From positions 1-40,963 of IMG/VR virus record IMGVR_UViG_3300037424_001370: DNA of 40,963 nucleotides. One strand, given 5' to 3'. Both the position numbers and the translations under genes were made by a program. Shown in pieces: positions 7,370 to 16,264 of this stretch. The notes beneath the pieces are model-generated. The model was given only the letters and a program-made list of their open reading frames with translations. It ran no database searches and was not told where the DNA came from. The first letter of the stretch is position 1; every line of letters begins with the position of its first letter. The DNA comes from a virus (lineage: Duplodnaviria; Caudoviricetes).

Positions 7370-7546
7370 TCAGAGGCGCTGAATGGCGGCGATGATGTCG
7401 GGTGACGGCGTGCCTGAGCTCAGCCTCCGCTTGACGGTGAACCAGATGTCGACGCCGGTGAGGTCATAGGGATCGCCAGCGGCATCGGTCAGCGCCAGCT
7501 CGTAGGTCTCGGTGTCGCCGCGGATTGCGACCAGCTCGCTCATCAT
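7370..7546 (-). pseudogene. Truncated BppU-N-like virion accessory gene (58 aa)
   Basis: Manual translation MMSELVAIRGDTETYELALTDAAGDPYDLTGVDIWFTVKRRLSS…IQRL*. The stop lies inside the 19-bp repeat. Confidence 0.55.
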
Positions 7547-9135
7547 CTCGCCCCCTCGCTGAGCAGGCGGTAGACCTGGCGCTCCGTGCGCTCGATCCGC
7601 GCGGCGATCGCCGGCACCGACAGCCCCTCGGACCGCAGCCGGCGGACGTGTCCCGCCGCGTCCTCGACCTGCGGGAGCACGGGCTCGAACAGGCTCGGGA
7701 ACGTCACGACCAGCGGGTGATCGGCCGGGACCTCGCTGCCAAGGGCGATCGTGCCGAGCCGGGCGAACGGGTCGTCGACGGCCCAGAAGTCGCGCCGGGC
7801 CCTGTATCCGACCGGTGACGCCGGCAGCGAGGTGCCCGGCGCCTGGAGCTGGACCGAAACCAGGCCCGTGTGCTGCAGCCGGGTCATGTCCCCGGCGACG
7901 ACCGCATCGATCGCGGACTGCGGCTCGAAGCCATCCTTGATCAGCTGGCCGATGGTCGACGCGTTCTTCTGGATGATGTCGGCCTGGTCCTTCACGTCCG
8001 AGCGCAGGAACGCGATGTCACGTTCGTCGTACCAGAGGCGCGTGCCGGGCGGCGGCGTCACGATCGTCTCCAGGCTGCCGGAGATGTCACCCCACAGCGG
8101 TCGGAGCGTTGCGTCGCCAACCAGGCGCGCCGCGCTGCCGAAGTTGCCGGCGTTGAGCGAGCTTCCGGCCAGGCCTTCCGAGAGTGCCACCACGACCGGG
8201 TGCATACCGGTGAGGGCGGCGATCCGCGTCTCCGCGGCGCCCATGAGCTTCGTGTAGTCCATCTGCTGGAAGTTCATCCCGATCGGCGTCGGCTCGATGC
8301 CCATGCCGAGGTAGACCGTCTTCCAGGCGTTCAGCGCGCCGCGATGCTCCTGCTCGAACAGCTCGATCCACTCGAGCGCGTCCTCCTTCGACATCGATGG
8401 CGGGAACTTCAGGGCGAGGTTCGGCGTCGCGGCGTTCGTCATCAGCTGCCGCTTGTGGGTGGTCGCGGCGTTGTCGCCCATGACCTCGCGGATCCCTGCC
8501 ACGAGCAGGCTGATGCCGCGGTTCCGGGCGAGCGGATCCTTCGTCGGGGCGAAGTGCGCGACCTCGTCGGCCCCGTAGACCTGCTGGGCGCTGCCCGAGC
8601 TCGGCCCGCCCGGCTGGTGCCCGTAGCCGATGATCCGCGCCTTCGGATCCCACAGCCCGAACTCCGAGGGTCCGCTCTTCGAGCCGTAGGCGATCTTCGT
8701 CCAGTCGGGCCGCATCCGTGTGAACGCGTCGGGCTGGCCGAGGATGAAGCCACCACCACCAAGGTCGGCATCGAGGATCGCCCATTGCAGGAGGTCGCTC
8801 GTCGTCTGGCCGGGCTCCGGCCGTTCAAGCAGCCGCAGATCGGGCGTGCCGAACAGCGCGCCCGGCCGCCCGCCTCGCAGCTGCTGGAACTGGAAGCGCG
8901 CCTGGCTGAACAGGCGGGCCCGGACGGCGAGGCACGCGAACACCACGCTGTTGCGCAGGTAGGCGCCGACCACGAGGCTCGTGAACGAGCCGTCGGGCAC
9001 CTCCTCGTCGATGGGACCCAGCGTTGTCTGCAACGCGAAGGGCAGACCCTCGAGCCCCAGATGAGATGTCCAGTCGTCGAAGCTCAGGGCCGAGCGCCCT
9101 GAGCGGGGCGCGAGCGTCTCAATCAGCGCGGCCAT
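7543..9135 (-). CDS. Portal protein (HK97 family) with C-terminal extra domain and HTH
   Basis: NSVVFACL…, EVAHF…RGISLL, NAWKTVYL motifs; C-terminus RRLRSEGLSVPAIAARIERTERQVYRLL. Confidence 0.92.
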   Translation of the reverse strand: MAALIETLAPRSGRSALSFDDWTSHLGLEGLPFALQTTLGPIDEEVPDGSFTSLVVGAYLRNSVVFACLAVRARLFSQARFQFQQLRGGRPGALFGTPDLRLLERPEPGQTTSDLLQWAILDADLGGGGFILGQPDAFTRMRPDWTKIAYGSKSGPSEFGLWDPKARIIGYGHQPGGPSSGSAQQVYGADEVAHFAPTKDPLARNRGISLLVAGIREVMGDNAATTHKRQLMTNAATPNLALKFPPSMSKEDALEWIELFEQEHRGALNAWKTVYLGMGIEPTPIGMNFQQMDYTKLMGAAETRIAALTGMHPVVVALSEGLAGSSLNAGNFGSAARLVGDATLRPLWGDISGSLETIVTPPPGTRLWYDERDIAFLRSDVKDQADIIQKNASTIGQLIKDGFEPQSAIDAVVAGDMTRLQHTGLVSVQLQAPGTSLPASPVGYRARRDFWAVDDPFARLGTIALGSEVPADHPLVVTFPSLFEPVLPQVEDAAGHVRRLRSEGLSVPAIAARIERTERQVYRLLSEGAR

Positions 9136-9314
9136 GTCAGCTTCCTCACGTGACGCGGGTCGAAGGTCAGCACGCCGAGCAGGCAGAACCCGGCGACGAT
9201 GAGTGCCGCCGGCGGGTAGATCTGGGCCACGCCGAGAATGACCAACGCGAAACCGACGAGCGCGAGCCCGAGCGTCAATGCCGGCCGCAGGCCCTGGCGC
9301 AGGCGTGTCCTCAT
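9123..9314 (-). CDS. Small two-TM membrane protein between TerL and portal
   Basis: LALVGFALVILGVAQIYPPAALIVAGFCLL, a small-gene type common at this position. Confidence 0.75.
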   Translation of the reverse strand: MRTRLRQGLRPALTLGLALVGFALVILGVAQIYPPAALIVAGFCLLGVLTFDPRHVRKLTWPR

Positions 9315-11068
9315 CGCACGATCACCCACGGCTTGACGGTGGGCGCAGCTGGCGCGGATCGATCGACGAGCCAGCCGGCGATCGCGTCGAGCGATGCGCT
9401 GATCGGGTCGACCTTGTCGTTCGAGGTGCTGTGGGGCTTGATCGGACGGACGTTGCCGTAATCGTCGAGCTTGGCGTCCGTGTTCGAGGCCGCCCAGGCC
9501 AGGAGCCCGTTTCCTCCGTGGTTGAGCAGCCGAGTGGTGACGAGGCGCTCGAGCTCCTTCATCGCCGGGCTGAGACTGAGCCAGCCCTGGCCGACAGGCC
9601 GGAGCGTGAGGCCGGAGCGCTCGAGCCGGATGACCAGCCCTGACGCCATGGCCCGGTCGTAATCGATGCTCACGACGTCGTACGGATCGCACAGCTCGAT
9701 GATCTCGGCCTCGATCCGGTCGTCGTCGCGCACATCGCCTTCGGTCAGGGTCAGCCACCCGGCATCCGCGAAGCGTTCGTACAGCCCGTCGCCACGGCGC
9801 TGCGCCGCCATCTCCGGTGCCCAGGCCCGCACGACGAGATCGAACCGTTCGCCGCGCGGCACCCAGAGCGCAAAGGCCGACAGGTCCCGACTCCAGCCGA
9901 GGTCCATCCCGCCCCAGGCCCGCGCTCCCTCGGCCGGCGCCGGCTGGCCGGCATTCCGCTCGTCCTGCCACACCGCCATGTCGAAATACCGGCTCGTCCG
10001 GCTGGACGGCCGGTTGAGCCGCAGGCGCAGGAAGTCGTTGAGCTTGGCTGGCGCCGCCTTGGCATCGGTGGCGCGCTGGCGCAGATCCTCGAGCTTGGGG
10101 GTGACCGGCATCGAAGGGTTGGCCTTGGGCCAGCAACTCTCGTCGAATGGATCGTCGCGCTCGTCGATCGCGTAGACGAGGGCGAAGAACCGGTCGTTGC
10201 GCACGATGCCGCGCAGGATCGCCTCCGCCAGCTTGCGCTGGGTCGCCCACACGTTCTCGCCCGGCTCTCCGGCCGTGGTGATGATGAGCAGCAGGCCCGC
10301 CAGGCGCGCGCCGAAGGAGTTCTCGATCATGCCCAGCATGTCGCCGTTCGCGGCACGGTGGAGCTCGTCAACGATCGCGATGTACGGGTTGATGCCCTCC
10401 TCGCCTCGCTCCTCGGCCGAGAGCGGCGCGAACTTGGAGTTCGTGGCGGCCTCGGACAGGGTCCGCGCACCCCGCGAGATGTGGCTGCGCAGGATCGGCG
10501 AGGCGGCCGTCATCGCGTCGGCATCGCGCCACACGATCCGCGCCTGGTCCCGCTTGGTCGCGATGCAGTAGCCCTCGGCACCGGGCTCGTTATCGAAGAA
10601 CGTGCGCCGGAGCCCGATGCCCGCGCCGAGCAGACTCTTGCCGCCCTTCTTGCCGAGCTCGACGAAGGCCGTCGTGAACCGCCGGATCCACTCGACGTCG
10701 TGGTCGGGCTCCGGGTTGCGCATGTACCAGCCGTCGAGCGAGCCGACCAGGAACGCCTCCCACGGCAGCAGCTCGATTGGTCGGCCGGGCCGGTAGCCGG
10801 CCGAGCCCGGCAGACCCTTCGGGCCCCATTCGCCCTTGTAGTGGCGCAGCAGCTGCGGGAAGAACCGGATGCCGAAGCCCGCGGCCTCGGCGTCGAACCG
10901 GAGCCCGCGATCCTCGGCCGTCGCCATGTCGTCGAGATGGCGCTGGCAAGCCAGCCGCACGAGCTCGCCGGTGACGATCCGGCCGTCGAGAACGTCGCGT
11001 GCGTAGGCGTGCACGCGCTCGGCGGCCTCGCGGTTGAGGGCGCGCTGGTCCTCAGCCAGGACGGGCAT
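9311..11068 (-). CDS. terL: Terminase large subunit
   Basis: Walker A LGKKGGKS, Walker B IAIVDELH, IITTAG coupling motif, nuclease GGMDLG…DLSA and KVDP. Confidence 0.97.
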   Translation of the reverse strand: MPVLAEDQRALNREAAERVHAYARDVLDGRIVTGELVRLACQRHLDDMATAEDRGLRFDAEAAGFGIRFFPQLLRHYKGEWGPKGLPGSAGYRPGRPIELLPWEAFLVGSLDGWYMRNPEPDHDVEWIRRFTTAFVELGKKGGKSLLGAGIGLRRTFFDNEPGAEGYCIATKRDQARIVWRDADAMTAASPILRSHISRGARTLSEAATNSKFAPLSAEERGEEGINPYIAIVDELHRAANGDMLGMIENSFGARLAGLLLIITTAGEPGENVWATQRKLAEAILRGIVRNDRFFALVYAIDERDDPFDESCWPKANPSMPVTPKLEDLRQRATDAKAAPAKLNDFLRLRLNRPSSRTSRYFDMAVWQDERNAGQPAPAEGARAWGGMDLGWSRDLSAFALWVPRGERFDLVVRAWAPEMAAQRRGDGLYERFADAGWLTLTEGDVRDDDRIEAEIIELCDPYDVVSIDYDRAMASGLVIRLERSGLTLRPVGQGWLSLSPAMKELERLVTTRLLNHGGNGLLAWAASNTDAKLDDYGNVRPIKPHSTSNDKVDPISASLDAIAGWLVDRSAPAAPTVKPWVIVR

Positions 11069-11723
11069 TTAGAAACTCCAGTGCGGGATCGCCGGCGGGC
11101 GACTCGGTCGCGCTGATGCGGGTCCGGCTGGCGGGCGTCATCCCGAACTCGCGGAGCAGCACCGTCACCCGCTTCCAGGCATCCTGGCGGACGGCCATCG
11201 CCGGGTGAGGGCGGATCATCAGCGAGCCTTCACGGGTCCTGCTCGTGTAGTAGCGCCGGCCCGGCTCGTGCGGGAGCGTCACCAGCTGGACGCCAGCCTC
11301 TTCACTCTGGCGACGCCGGCGACGCAGAGCCCCGCCCTGTGGCTGGCCCTCGAGCTCCTCGTCGACGTCGGCCTCCTCCGCCTCGATCGCCAGCACGGCG
11401 GTGCACGGATGCTTCGATGTCAGCGGCTCGCCACAGTGTGCACACGCTCGGCCACCGACAAGATCGCTCGCCTCGAGGTAGTCGCCCATCGCATCGACGA
11501 GCAGGGCCAGGCTCGCCGCATCGAGGACCGTCAGCACCCGTGCATCGTTCAGCAGCTCGACGAGCTGGTTCCAGGCCCGATGACGCCTCACACCCTTGAG
11601 CCAGGCGGGCGGCCGGGCGCCGACTTCGAGCGTGGGTGCCACCGGCTCGGACGGGTTCATCCGGTCACGTCGGGCCGTCCCCTCGAGCAGCTTGAGCGCG
11701 GTCGGCTTCGGCGGATTGGGCAT
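11052..11723 (-). CDS. terS: Terminase small subunit, P27 family, with Cys/His insertion
   Basis: PPKPTALKLLEG, PPAWL, HPA, EFGMTPASRTRI motifs. Confidence 0.92.
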   Translation of the reverse strand: MPNPPKPTALKLLEGTARRDRMNPSEPVAPTLEVGARPPAWLKGVRRHRAWNQLVELLNDARVLTVLDAASLALLVDAMGDYLEASDLVGGRACAHCGEPLTSKHPCTAVLAIEAEEADVDEELEGQPQGGALRRRRRQSEEAGVQLVTLPHEPGRRYYTSRTREGSLMIRPHPAMAVRQDAWKRVTVLLREFGMTPASRTRISATESPAGDPALEFLNARPG

Positions 11724-11998
11724 CAGGCGCCCCTCGCGAGTCGCGCGCCCTGCGCGCGCTGGCAGTGGAGACAGGCGGGCTGGAGCGGGCTGGACCAGTC
11801 ACCCGGACGGGAGTAGTCGGCGCTCTCGACGCGGCGCGTGCATCCGGGCAGCCGCAGCGCGCAGACCTCTCCCGTCCGCTGGGCGCGTGCGATGATCTCC
11901 GCTCGTCGACGTTCGTAGTCGGCGCCGTGGCCGCGGCGCGACCGCGGAACGCCGGCGTGGTTCCGCGTGGAGCGGCGGTCGGCAGGCAGCCAGGGCAC
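11723..11998 (-). CDS. Terminase-associated HNH-like protein, degenerate active site
   Basis: RRGHG…CALRLPGCT…ADY…LQPACLHCQ; Zn ligands retained but DH, N and H positions substituted. Confidence 0.7.
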   Translation of the reverse strand: MPWLPADRRSTRNHAGVPRSRRGHGADYERRRAEIIARAQRTGEVCALRLPGCTRRVESADYSRPGDWSSPLQPACLHCQRAQGARLARGA

Positions 11999-12000
11999 GA

Positions 12001-12309
12001 TCAGGCCCTGACCTTTCGTGTTTGTGAACTGGCAGTGCGCGCGAAAGGAGGCGGCGGTCCCGAGCGCCGCGTGTTGAGGGCCCGTGACGACCCCTCCCCC
12101 CTATGCCATGCCCATCCCGCCCGCCTGTCGGGTGTCGCGATGGCGCGCGAACGCTCCGACGCCGATCGCAGCGACCATCCACTGCCTAGGGGCCTGAGGA
12201 TGCTGATCCCTAGCCGGTGGGCGATCTCGCGCCGGCCCATGCCCTCGAGGCGCAGGTCGATCACACGGCGCTGTTGGGCCGTGAGCCGAAGGGGTGCGCT
12301 CTGTGCCAT
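12001..12309 (-). pseudogene. LuxR/sigma70-r4-type HTH, apparently disrupted
   Basis: LTAQQRRVIDLRLEGMGRREIAHRLGIS, then similarity is lost where the recognition helix should begin. Confidence 0.5.
12020..12105 (-). other. Putative cos packaging region
   Basis: GGGGGGAGGGG…GGACCGCCGCCTCCTTTCGCGCGCAC layout upstream of HNH/terS, resembling cos regions of HK97-type phages (pattern recognition only). Confidence 0.5.
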
Positions 12310-12317
12310 CGCCACCG

Positions 12318-12608
12318 TCAGAGCGTCACCCGCTGGTTGGGGCGATCGCCGGGCGCGACGACGGTCAGGATGATCCCGGCGGGCAGCTGCGGTGATGCGA
12401 CGGGTGTCACCTGGCTGCGGATGAGCAGGGAGGTCAGGACCGGTGCCAGCAGCACGAGCAGCTGGGCGATCGCGTTGACGCCGTCCGTGATCTGCCCGGC
12501 GAGCGCGTCGCCCACCACGCCCTGCCCAGTGAGGACCGAGAGCACGGCGAGGATGCTCGAGACGATGACGCCGATCCAGAAACTCGGCTCGCGTCCGAAG
12601 ATGGTCAT
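12318..12608 (-). CDS. Holin
   Basis: FGREP…two TM helices…RSQVTPV; directly follows the endolysin. Confidence 0.8.
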   Translation of the reverse strand: MTIFGREPSFWIGVIVSSILAVLSVLTGQGVVGDALAGQITDGVNAIAQLLVLLAPVLTSLLIRSQVTPVASPQLPAGIILTVVAPGDRPNQRVTL

Positions 12609-12611
12609 GGG

Positions 12612-13607
12612 TCAGTCCTCCTGGGACTCGATGGGATCCGGGTCGTCGGGGTGGGTGGGGACGACGTCGTTGCGGACGTCGGGCTCGGGCTCGTCGGGGT
12701 CGTCGAGCTCGAGGGCCTCGAGGTCGTCGACGAGTGACGGGTCGCCGCCGGTGTCCGCCGTGCCGACGGGATCGGACCAGCGGCGGTTGACCCACTTGCC
12801 GTCGAGCTTGCCGCCCGGGTTGTCGACCTGGACGAGGAAGCGCAGCGCGTTGTCCTTGCCGGGCCAGCGGAAGGCGCGAGGCACCGAGCAGGGCACGTCG
12901 AGCGGGCGGTGAACGGAGCGGACGTCGTAGGACTGGATCCGGCCACCCCGGATGACGAAGATGCGGACGCGGCGCAGGCGATGACCACGGCGGGGCTTGA
13001 TCCGCACCCGGAAGTCAGGAGCGGTGTCCCGGCTGACGAGGCACCACACCCGCCCGTCGCCGACGCGCCGGGTGGGCCGGCCCTTGCTGTCCACCGCGAT
13101 CACGAGGTCGGCGGCCGCCTGGCGCATCAGTGGGCGTGGGTAGAGGAGCGGACCGGCATAGCGGAACACGCCGGGCGCACGGCCGTCGGCGAGGGAGTCG
13201 AGCGTCTGACTCCCGTCCTCGTACATCGCGTGCCCGCTGCGGAAGCCGCGGCCGGCGTCGAAGCGGGAGCGCGCGATCGGGGCGTAGCCGACCTGCACGA
13301 CCATGAGGTGCCCATCCTTGCGGAGCCGTTCGTACTGCGACCACCGCAGCGCCCGGGAGCCGGTGTGGATGTCCGTCCAGATGCCGAACCGGTCCCACAG
13401 CACATCGTGGACCTGGGACAGGTTGAGCCCCGGGCTCCGGGGATCCGGGACGGGCTCGTCGGTCAGGAGGCGGATGCGGCGTCCGGTGGGGTGCTTGGCG
13501 CCCGACGTGAACTGGCCCACGAGACGGGAGCCCGCGTGGGCGGTGCAATCCACGGGGCCCGTTGGGCCGGCACCCAACTGCAGGGAGATCGGGACGAGGT
13601 AGGTCAT
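12612..13607 (-). CDS. Putative endolysin, papain-like (C39-type) peptidase
   Basis: Q…DC, GHAMY and DSLADGR give a candidate Cys-His-Asp triad; next to the holin; basic C-terminal domain with acidic tail. Confidence 0.65.
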   Translation of the reverse strand: MTYLVPISLQLGAGPTGPVDCTAHAGSRLVGQFTSGAKHPTGRRIRLLTDEPVPDPRSPGLNLSQVHDVLWDRFGIWTDIHTGSRALRWSQYERLRKDGHLMVVQVGYAPIARSRFDAGRGFRSGHAMYEDGSQTLDSLADGRAPGVFRYAGPLLYPRPLMRQAAADLVIAVDSKGRPTRRVGDGRVWCLVSRDTAPDFRVRIKPRRGHRLRRVRIFVIRGGRIQSYDVRSVHRPLDVPCSVPRAFRWPGKDNALRFLVQVDNPGGKLDGKWVNRRWSDPVGTADTGGDPSLVDDLEALELDDPDEPEPDVRNDVVPTHPDDPDPIESQED

Positions 13608-13996
13608 GCGGCACCCTCCAGGATGAACAGCGGCACCGTCCACATCCCCCAGGTGCGCTCAACGGCTCGGAAGGCGCGGACCGCGGCCAACGGGTCGCGC
13701 CCCTCGACCAGCGCGAGGACCGCCTCTGAGCGGGCATCCTCGGCCATGACCTCGCGGCGGAAGCGGAGCACCCGCCCGGGCGGGGGCATGACGACCAGCG
13801 CCGCGGCCGCGTCGAGCAGCGGGTGCCGCATCTCGACCTCGGCGGGGCGGGATGCACGGATGCGGGCGCGACGGCGGAGCTCCTGGGCGTGACGCTGGGC
13901 CCGGACCTCGGGGCGGGCGCGGCGGGCCCGGTTGTACTCGCGCAGCTCGTCGGCGTGCTGGCGGCGGTACTCGCGGTAGTAGGCGGCGGCGGTCAT
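13604..13996 (-). CDS. Hypothetical protein, Arg-rich helical N-terminus
   Basis: ATGA-coupled to both neighbours. Confidence 0.65.
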   Translation of the reverse strand: MTAAAYYREYRRQHADELREYNRARRARPEVRAQRHAQELRRRARIRASRPAEVEMRHPLLDAAAALVVMPPPGRVLRFRREVMAEDARSEAVLALVEGRDPLAAVRAFRAVERTWGMWTVPLFILEGAA

Positions 13997-14277
13997 CGCC
14001 CCGCCTCGATGTCGCGCTGATCCTGTCCGCCCTGGAGCACGCCTTCGGCCCGGGCCTTGCCGATCTCGGCTTTCAGCAGCTCGGTCAACCGTCCGTCGAG
14101 GGCCGGGCCGAGGGTCATGACGACGCCTTCGACCAACATGAGCCGGGCGGCGTTGGCGTCGGTCGCATCCTTGGACGCCTCAGCGGCGCGCTTGGAGCGG
14201 TAGGCGAGGACGGCCGCGACGATCCCGCCCACGGCGGCCACGAGCGCGGCCAGCGCGGCGATCGTGTCGGCGGTCAC
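13993..14277 (-). CDS. Membrane protein of lysis cassette
   Basis: N-terminal TM helix IAALAALVAAVGGIVAAVLAY. Confidence 0.7.
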   Translation of the reverse strand: MTADTIAALAALVAAVGGIVAAVLAYRSKRAAEASKDATDANAARLMLVEGVVMTLGPALDGRLTELLKAEIGKARAEGVLQGGQDQRDIEAGR

Positions 14278-14588
14278 TTCGGGAGCCCCAGGAGGCCCTG
14301 CAGGAGCGGGGCAAGCAGCTGCGCCGCAAAGGCACTGATCGCGATCACCCCGCCGACGGCCGCGAGCCGCAGGTCCACCTTGTCCACGCGCCGGTCGAGG
14401 GTGTCATCGCGGGCGTTGAGCCGGTCGAGGATCTTGGCGATGGCCTCGTGGCCTTCCTTCGACGCCTGCAGGTGCTCGTCGATCCTGTTGCCCAGGTGGA
14501 AGAGATCGCGCTCCACGACCGTCATCCGGGCGTGGAGGCTGCTGTCGCTCGTCCGGCGCCGCGGGGACGGGGAGAGCTCAGGCGCCAT
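14274..14588 (-). CDS. Coiled-coil plus C-terminal TM protein (XhlA-like lysis accessory)
   Basis: Heptad region followed by LAAVGGVIAISAFAAQLL. Confidence 0.6.
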   Translation of the reverse strand: MAPELSPSPRRRTSDSSLHARMTVVERDLFHLGNRIDEHLQASKEGHEAIAKILDRLNARDDTLDRRVDKVDLRLAAVGGVIAISAFAAQLLAPLLQGLLGLPK

Positions 14589-14713
14589 CGGTCCATCGGC
14601 ATGACTCGGACGGGGATGGGGTCCACCGGAGGGAGGAGTCGGCGGACCCCGGACGTGTCGAACCGCGCTGCGTCGCAACCACGGAGTCAAGTGTGCAGCC
14701 CCTGCCAGGCGTG

Positions 14714-14922
14714 GGCAACTACCCTGGCAACCACGTTCGTGGACTTTCGCGAACGTTCGAGCACTTTCGCGCACCTTCGCGCAACGTGGATGGGGGCTGG
14801 AACGTGCCTCAAGGGGGTGCTGGTGCCGAATCCGGTATGCGGTACCAACCCTCGTTTCAGGTGGTCATTCGTGCGTGGCGCGACCAATCCTGGCGAGCGT
14901 GGCAACCACCTTGGCAAGTATC
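14714..14922. other. attP region
   Basis: Paired arm-type repeats GGCAA(C/G)(C/T)A at 14714/14726 and 14901/14913; five phased 10-bp repeats at 14731-14780; candidate core TTCGGCACCA (minus strand, 14821-14830) resembling a tRNA 3' end; directly downstream of int. Confidence 0.75.
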
Positions 14923-14925
14923 GGT

Positions 14926-16092
14926 CTAGCCCATCGCCCGATCGAGCCGCTCTGCGCCGTCCTTGGACACCCTCGGCAGCAGCTTCACGTAGCGTCGCGT
15001 CATGTCCAGCGAACGATGACCGAGGATGGCCGCGACCGCGATCTGGTCGACGCCCTCGGCCAGGAGCACGGTCGCGCAGGACGCCCGCAGCTCGTGGAAC
15101 CGCATGTGCGGCAGCTTCGCCCGCTTGAGCGCGCCGCGGAACCAGTTGTCCAGCGTGCTGAACGGGATCGGGCCGCCGTCGAGGGTGCAGAACACGAGGT
15201 CGTTGGCCGCCCACACGGTCGCGGCGCGCTGTTCGGCGTCGCGCTTCTCGATCCGCAGCGCGAGCGCTTCCGCGACGAACGCCGGCAGGGGGATCGTGCG
15301 GCCCGAGTCGGCCTTGGGTGAGACGAGCCGCCACCACGCATCGTCGGGGCCGCGGGTGGGGACCGGGACCCGGATCAGGGACCGGCGCACGGTGAGCGTC
15401 CCGGCCGCGAGGTCCACGTCCGGGGTGCGGAGCCCCAGTGCCTCACCCCTGCGAAGCCCGAGCCCGAGGCACACGGTGAGCAGGGGCGCCAGCCGCTCGC
15501 CCTTGACGGTCGCCATCAGGTGGCGGGCCTCCGGGGCGTCGAGGACGTCGGGTGTCGTGGGGCGCTGGCGCGGGGCCTTGACGCTGGACGTGGGATCCAC
15601 CCCGAGCATCCCGTCCGCCACCGCCTGGCGCATCGCGGCGCGGAGGACGATGAACGTGCCCATCTTGGTCGCGTCGGCCCCCGACCAGGTCCCGAGGGCC
15701 TCGCGCACCATCGGAGCGCGCAGCTCGGCGATGGGCACGGTGCCGAGGCTCGGGATGATCCGCTGGAGGACGTGCTGGCGGTAGCGGTCGAAGGTGCGGG
15801 GGGAGAGGTCGGCGGTCATCAGCCAGCCCGAGACGTAGGAGCCCACCGTGTGCTCCGTGCGGACAGGGGCCGCCTTGCGCTTCGCCACCTCGGCCTTGAG
15901 CAGACGCTCGGCCTCAGCGCGGGACCCGGCGGACAACCACGCTTGTCGGGTCCGGCCCGATGCGTCGGTGTAGGGCACCACCGCTGCCCACGGCTTCGCC
16001 CGCCAGCGGTCGGTGCGCTTGACCACCGTCCCTTCGCCGGGGTGCCGCTTCTTGGGCCGGTGCTTGCCAGTCGGGTTGGGCATCGGAGGCAT
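14926..16092 (-). CDS. int: Tyrosine integrase
   Basis: GLRRGE (R), PK, FHELR (HxxR), LGH, RRY catalytic set with N-terminal arm-binding domain. Confidence 0.97.
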   Translation of the reverse strand: MPPMPNPTGKHRPKKRHPGEGTVVKRTDRWRAKPWAAVVPYTDASGRTRQAWLSAGSRAEAERLLKAEVAKRKAAPVRTEHTVGSYVSGWLMTADLSPRTFDRYRQHVLQRIIPSLGTVPIAELRAPMVREALGTWSGADATKMGTFIVLRAAMRQAVADGMLGVDPTSSVKAPRQRPTTPDVLDAPEARHLMATVKGERLAPLLTVCLGLGLRRGEALGLRTPDVDLAAGTLTVRRSLIRVPVPTRGPDDAWWRLVSPKADSGRTIPLPAFVAEALALRIEKRDAEQRAATVWAANDLVFCTLDGGPIPFSTLDNWFRGALKRAKLPHMRFHELRASCATVLLAEGVDQIAVAAILGHRSLDMTRRYVKLLPRVSKDGAERLDRAMG

Positions 16093-16264
16093 GGTAGTCC
16101 TCGCGCAGCAGCCGCTCAACGGACGATCGCGTGTACCGGGGCGGGCGGAGCGGGAGCACGCGCTGGATCAGCTTCCGCCGCCAGAGGGTGCGCACCTGGG
16201 AAGGCTTGCACCGCAGCATCTCGGCCACCTCACCCGCGAACAGGACCCGGTCGTCGTCGGTCAT
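15914..16264 (-). CDS. Excisionase-like HTH protein
   Basis: VLFAGEVAEMLRCKPSQVRTL…RYTRSSVERLL; directly upstream of int, with its tail overlapping the int start. Confidence 0.75.
   Translation of the reverse strand: MTDDDRVLFAGEVAEMLRCKPSQVRTLWRRKLIQRVLPLRPPRYTRSSVERLLREDYHASDAQPDWQAPAQEAAPRRRDGGQAHRPLAGEAVGSGGALHRRIGPDPTSVVVRRVPR

Noticed and set aside
14821-14850. tRNA gene
   Set aside because: Only a 10-nt 3'-end-like sequence with no T-arm or cloverleaf; treated as an att core candidate.
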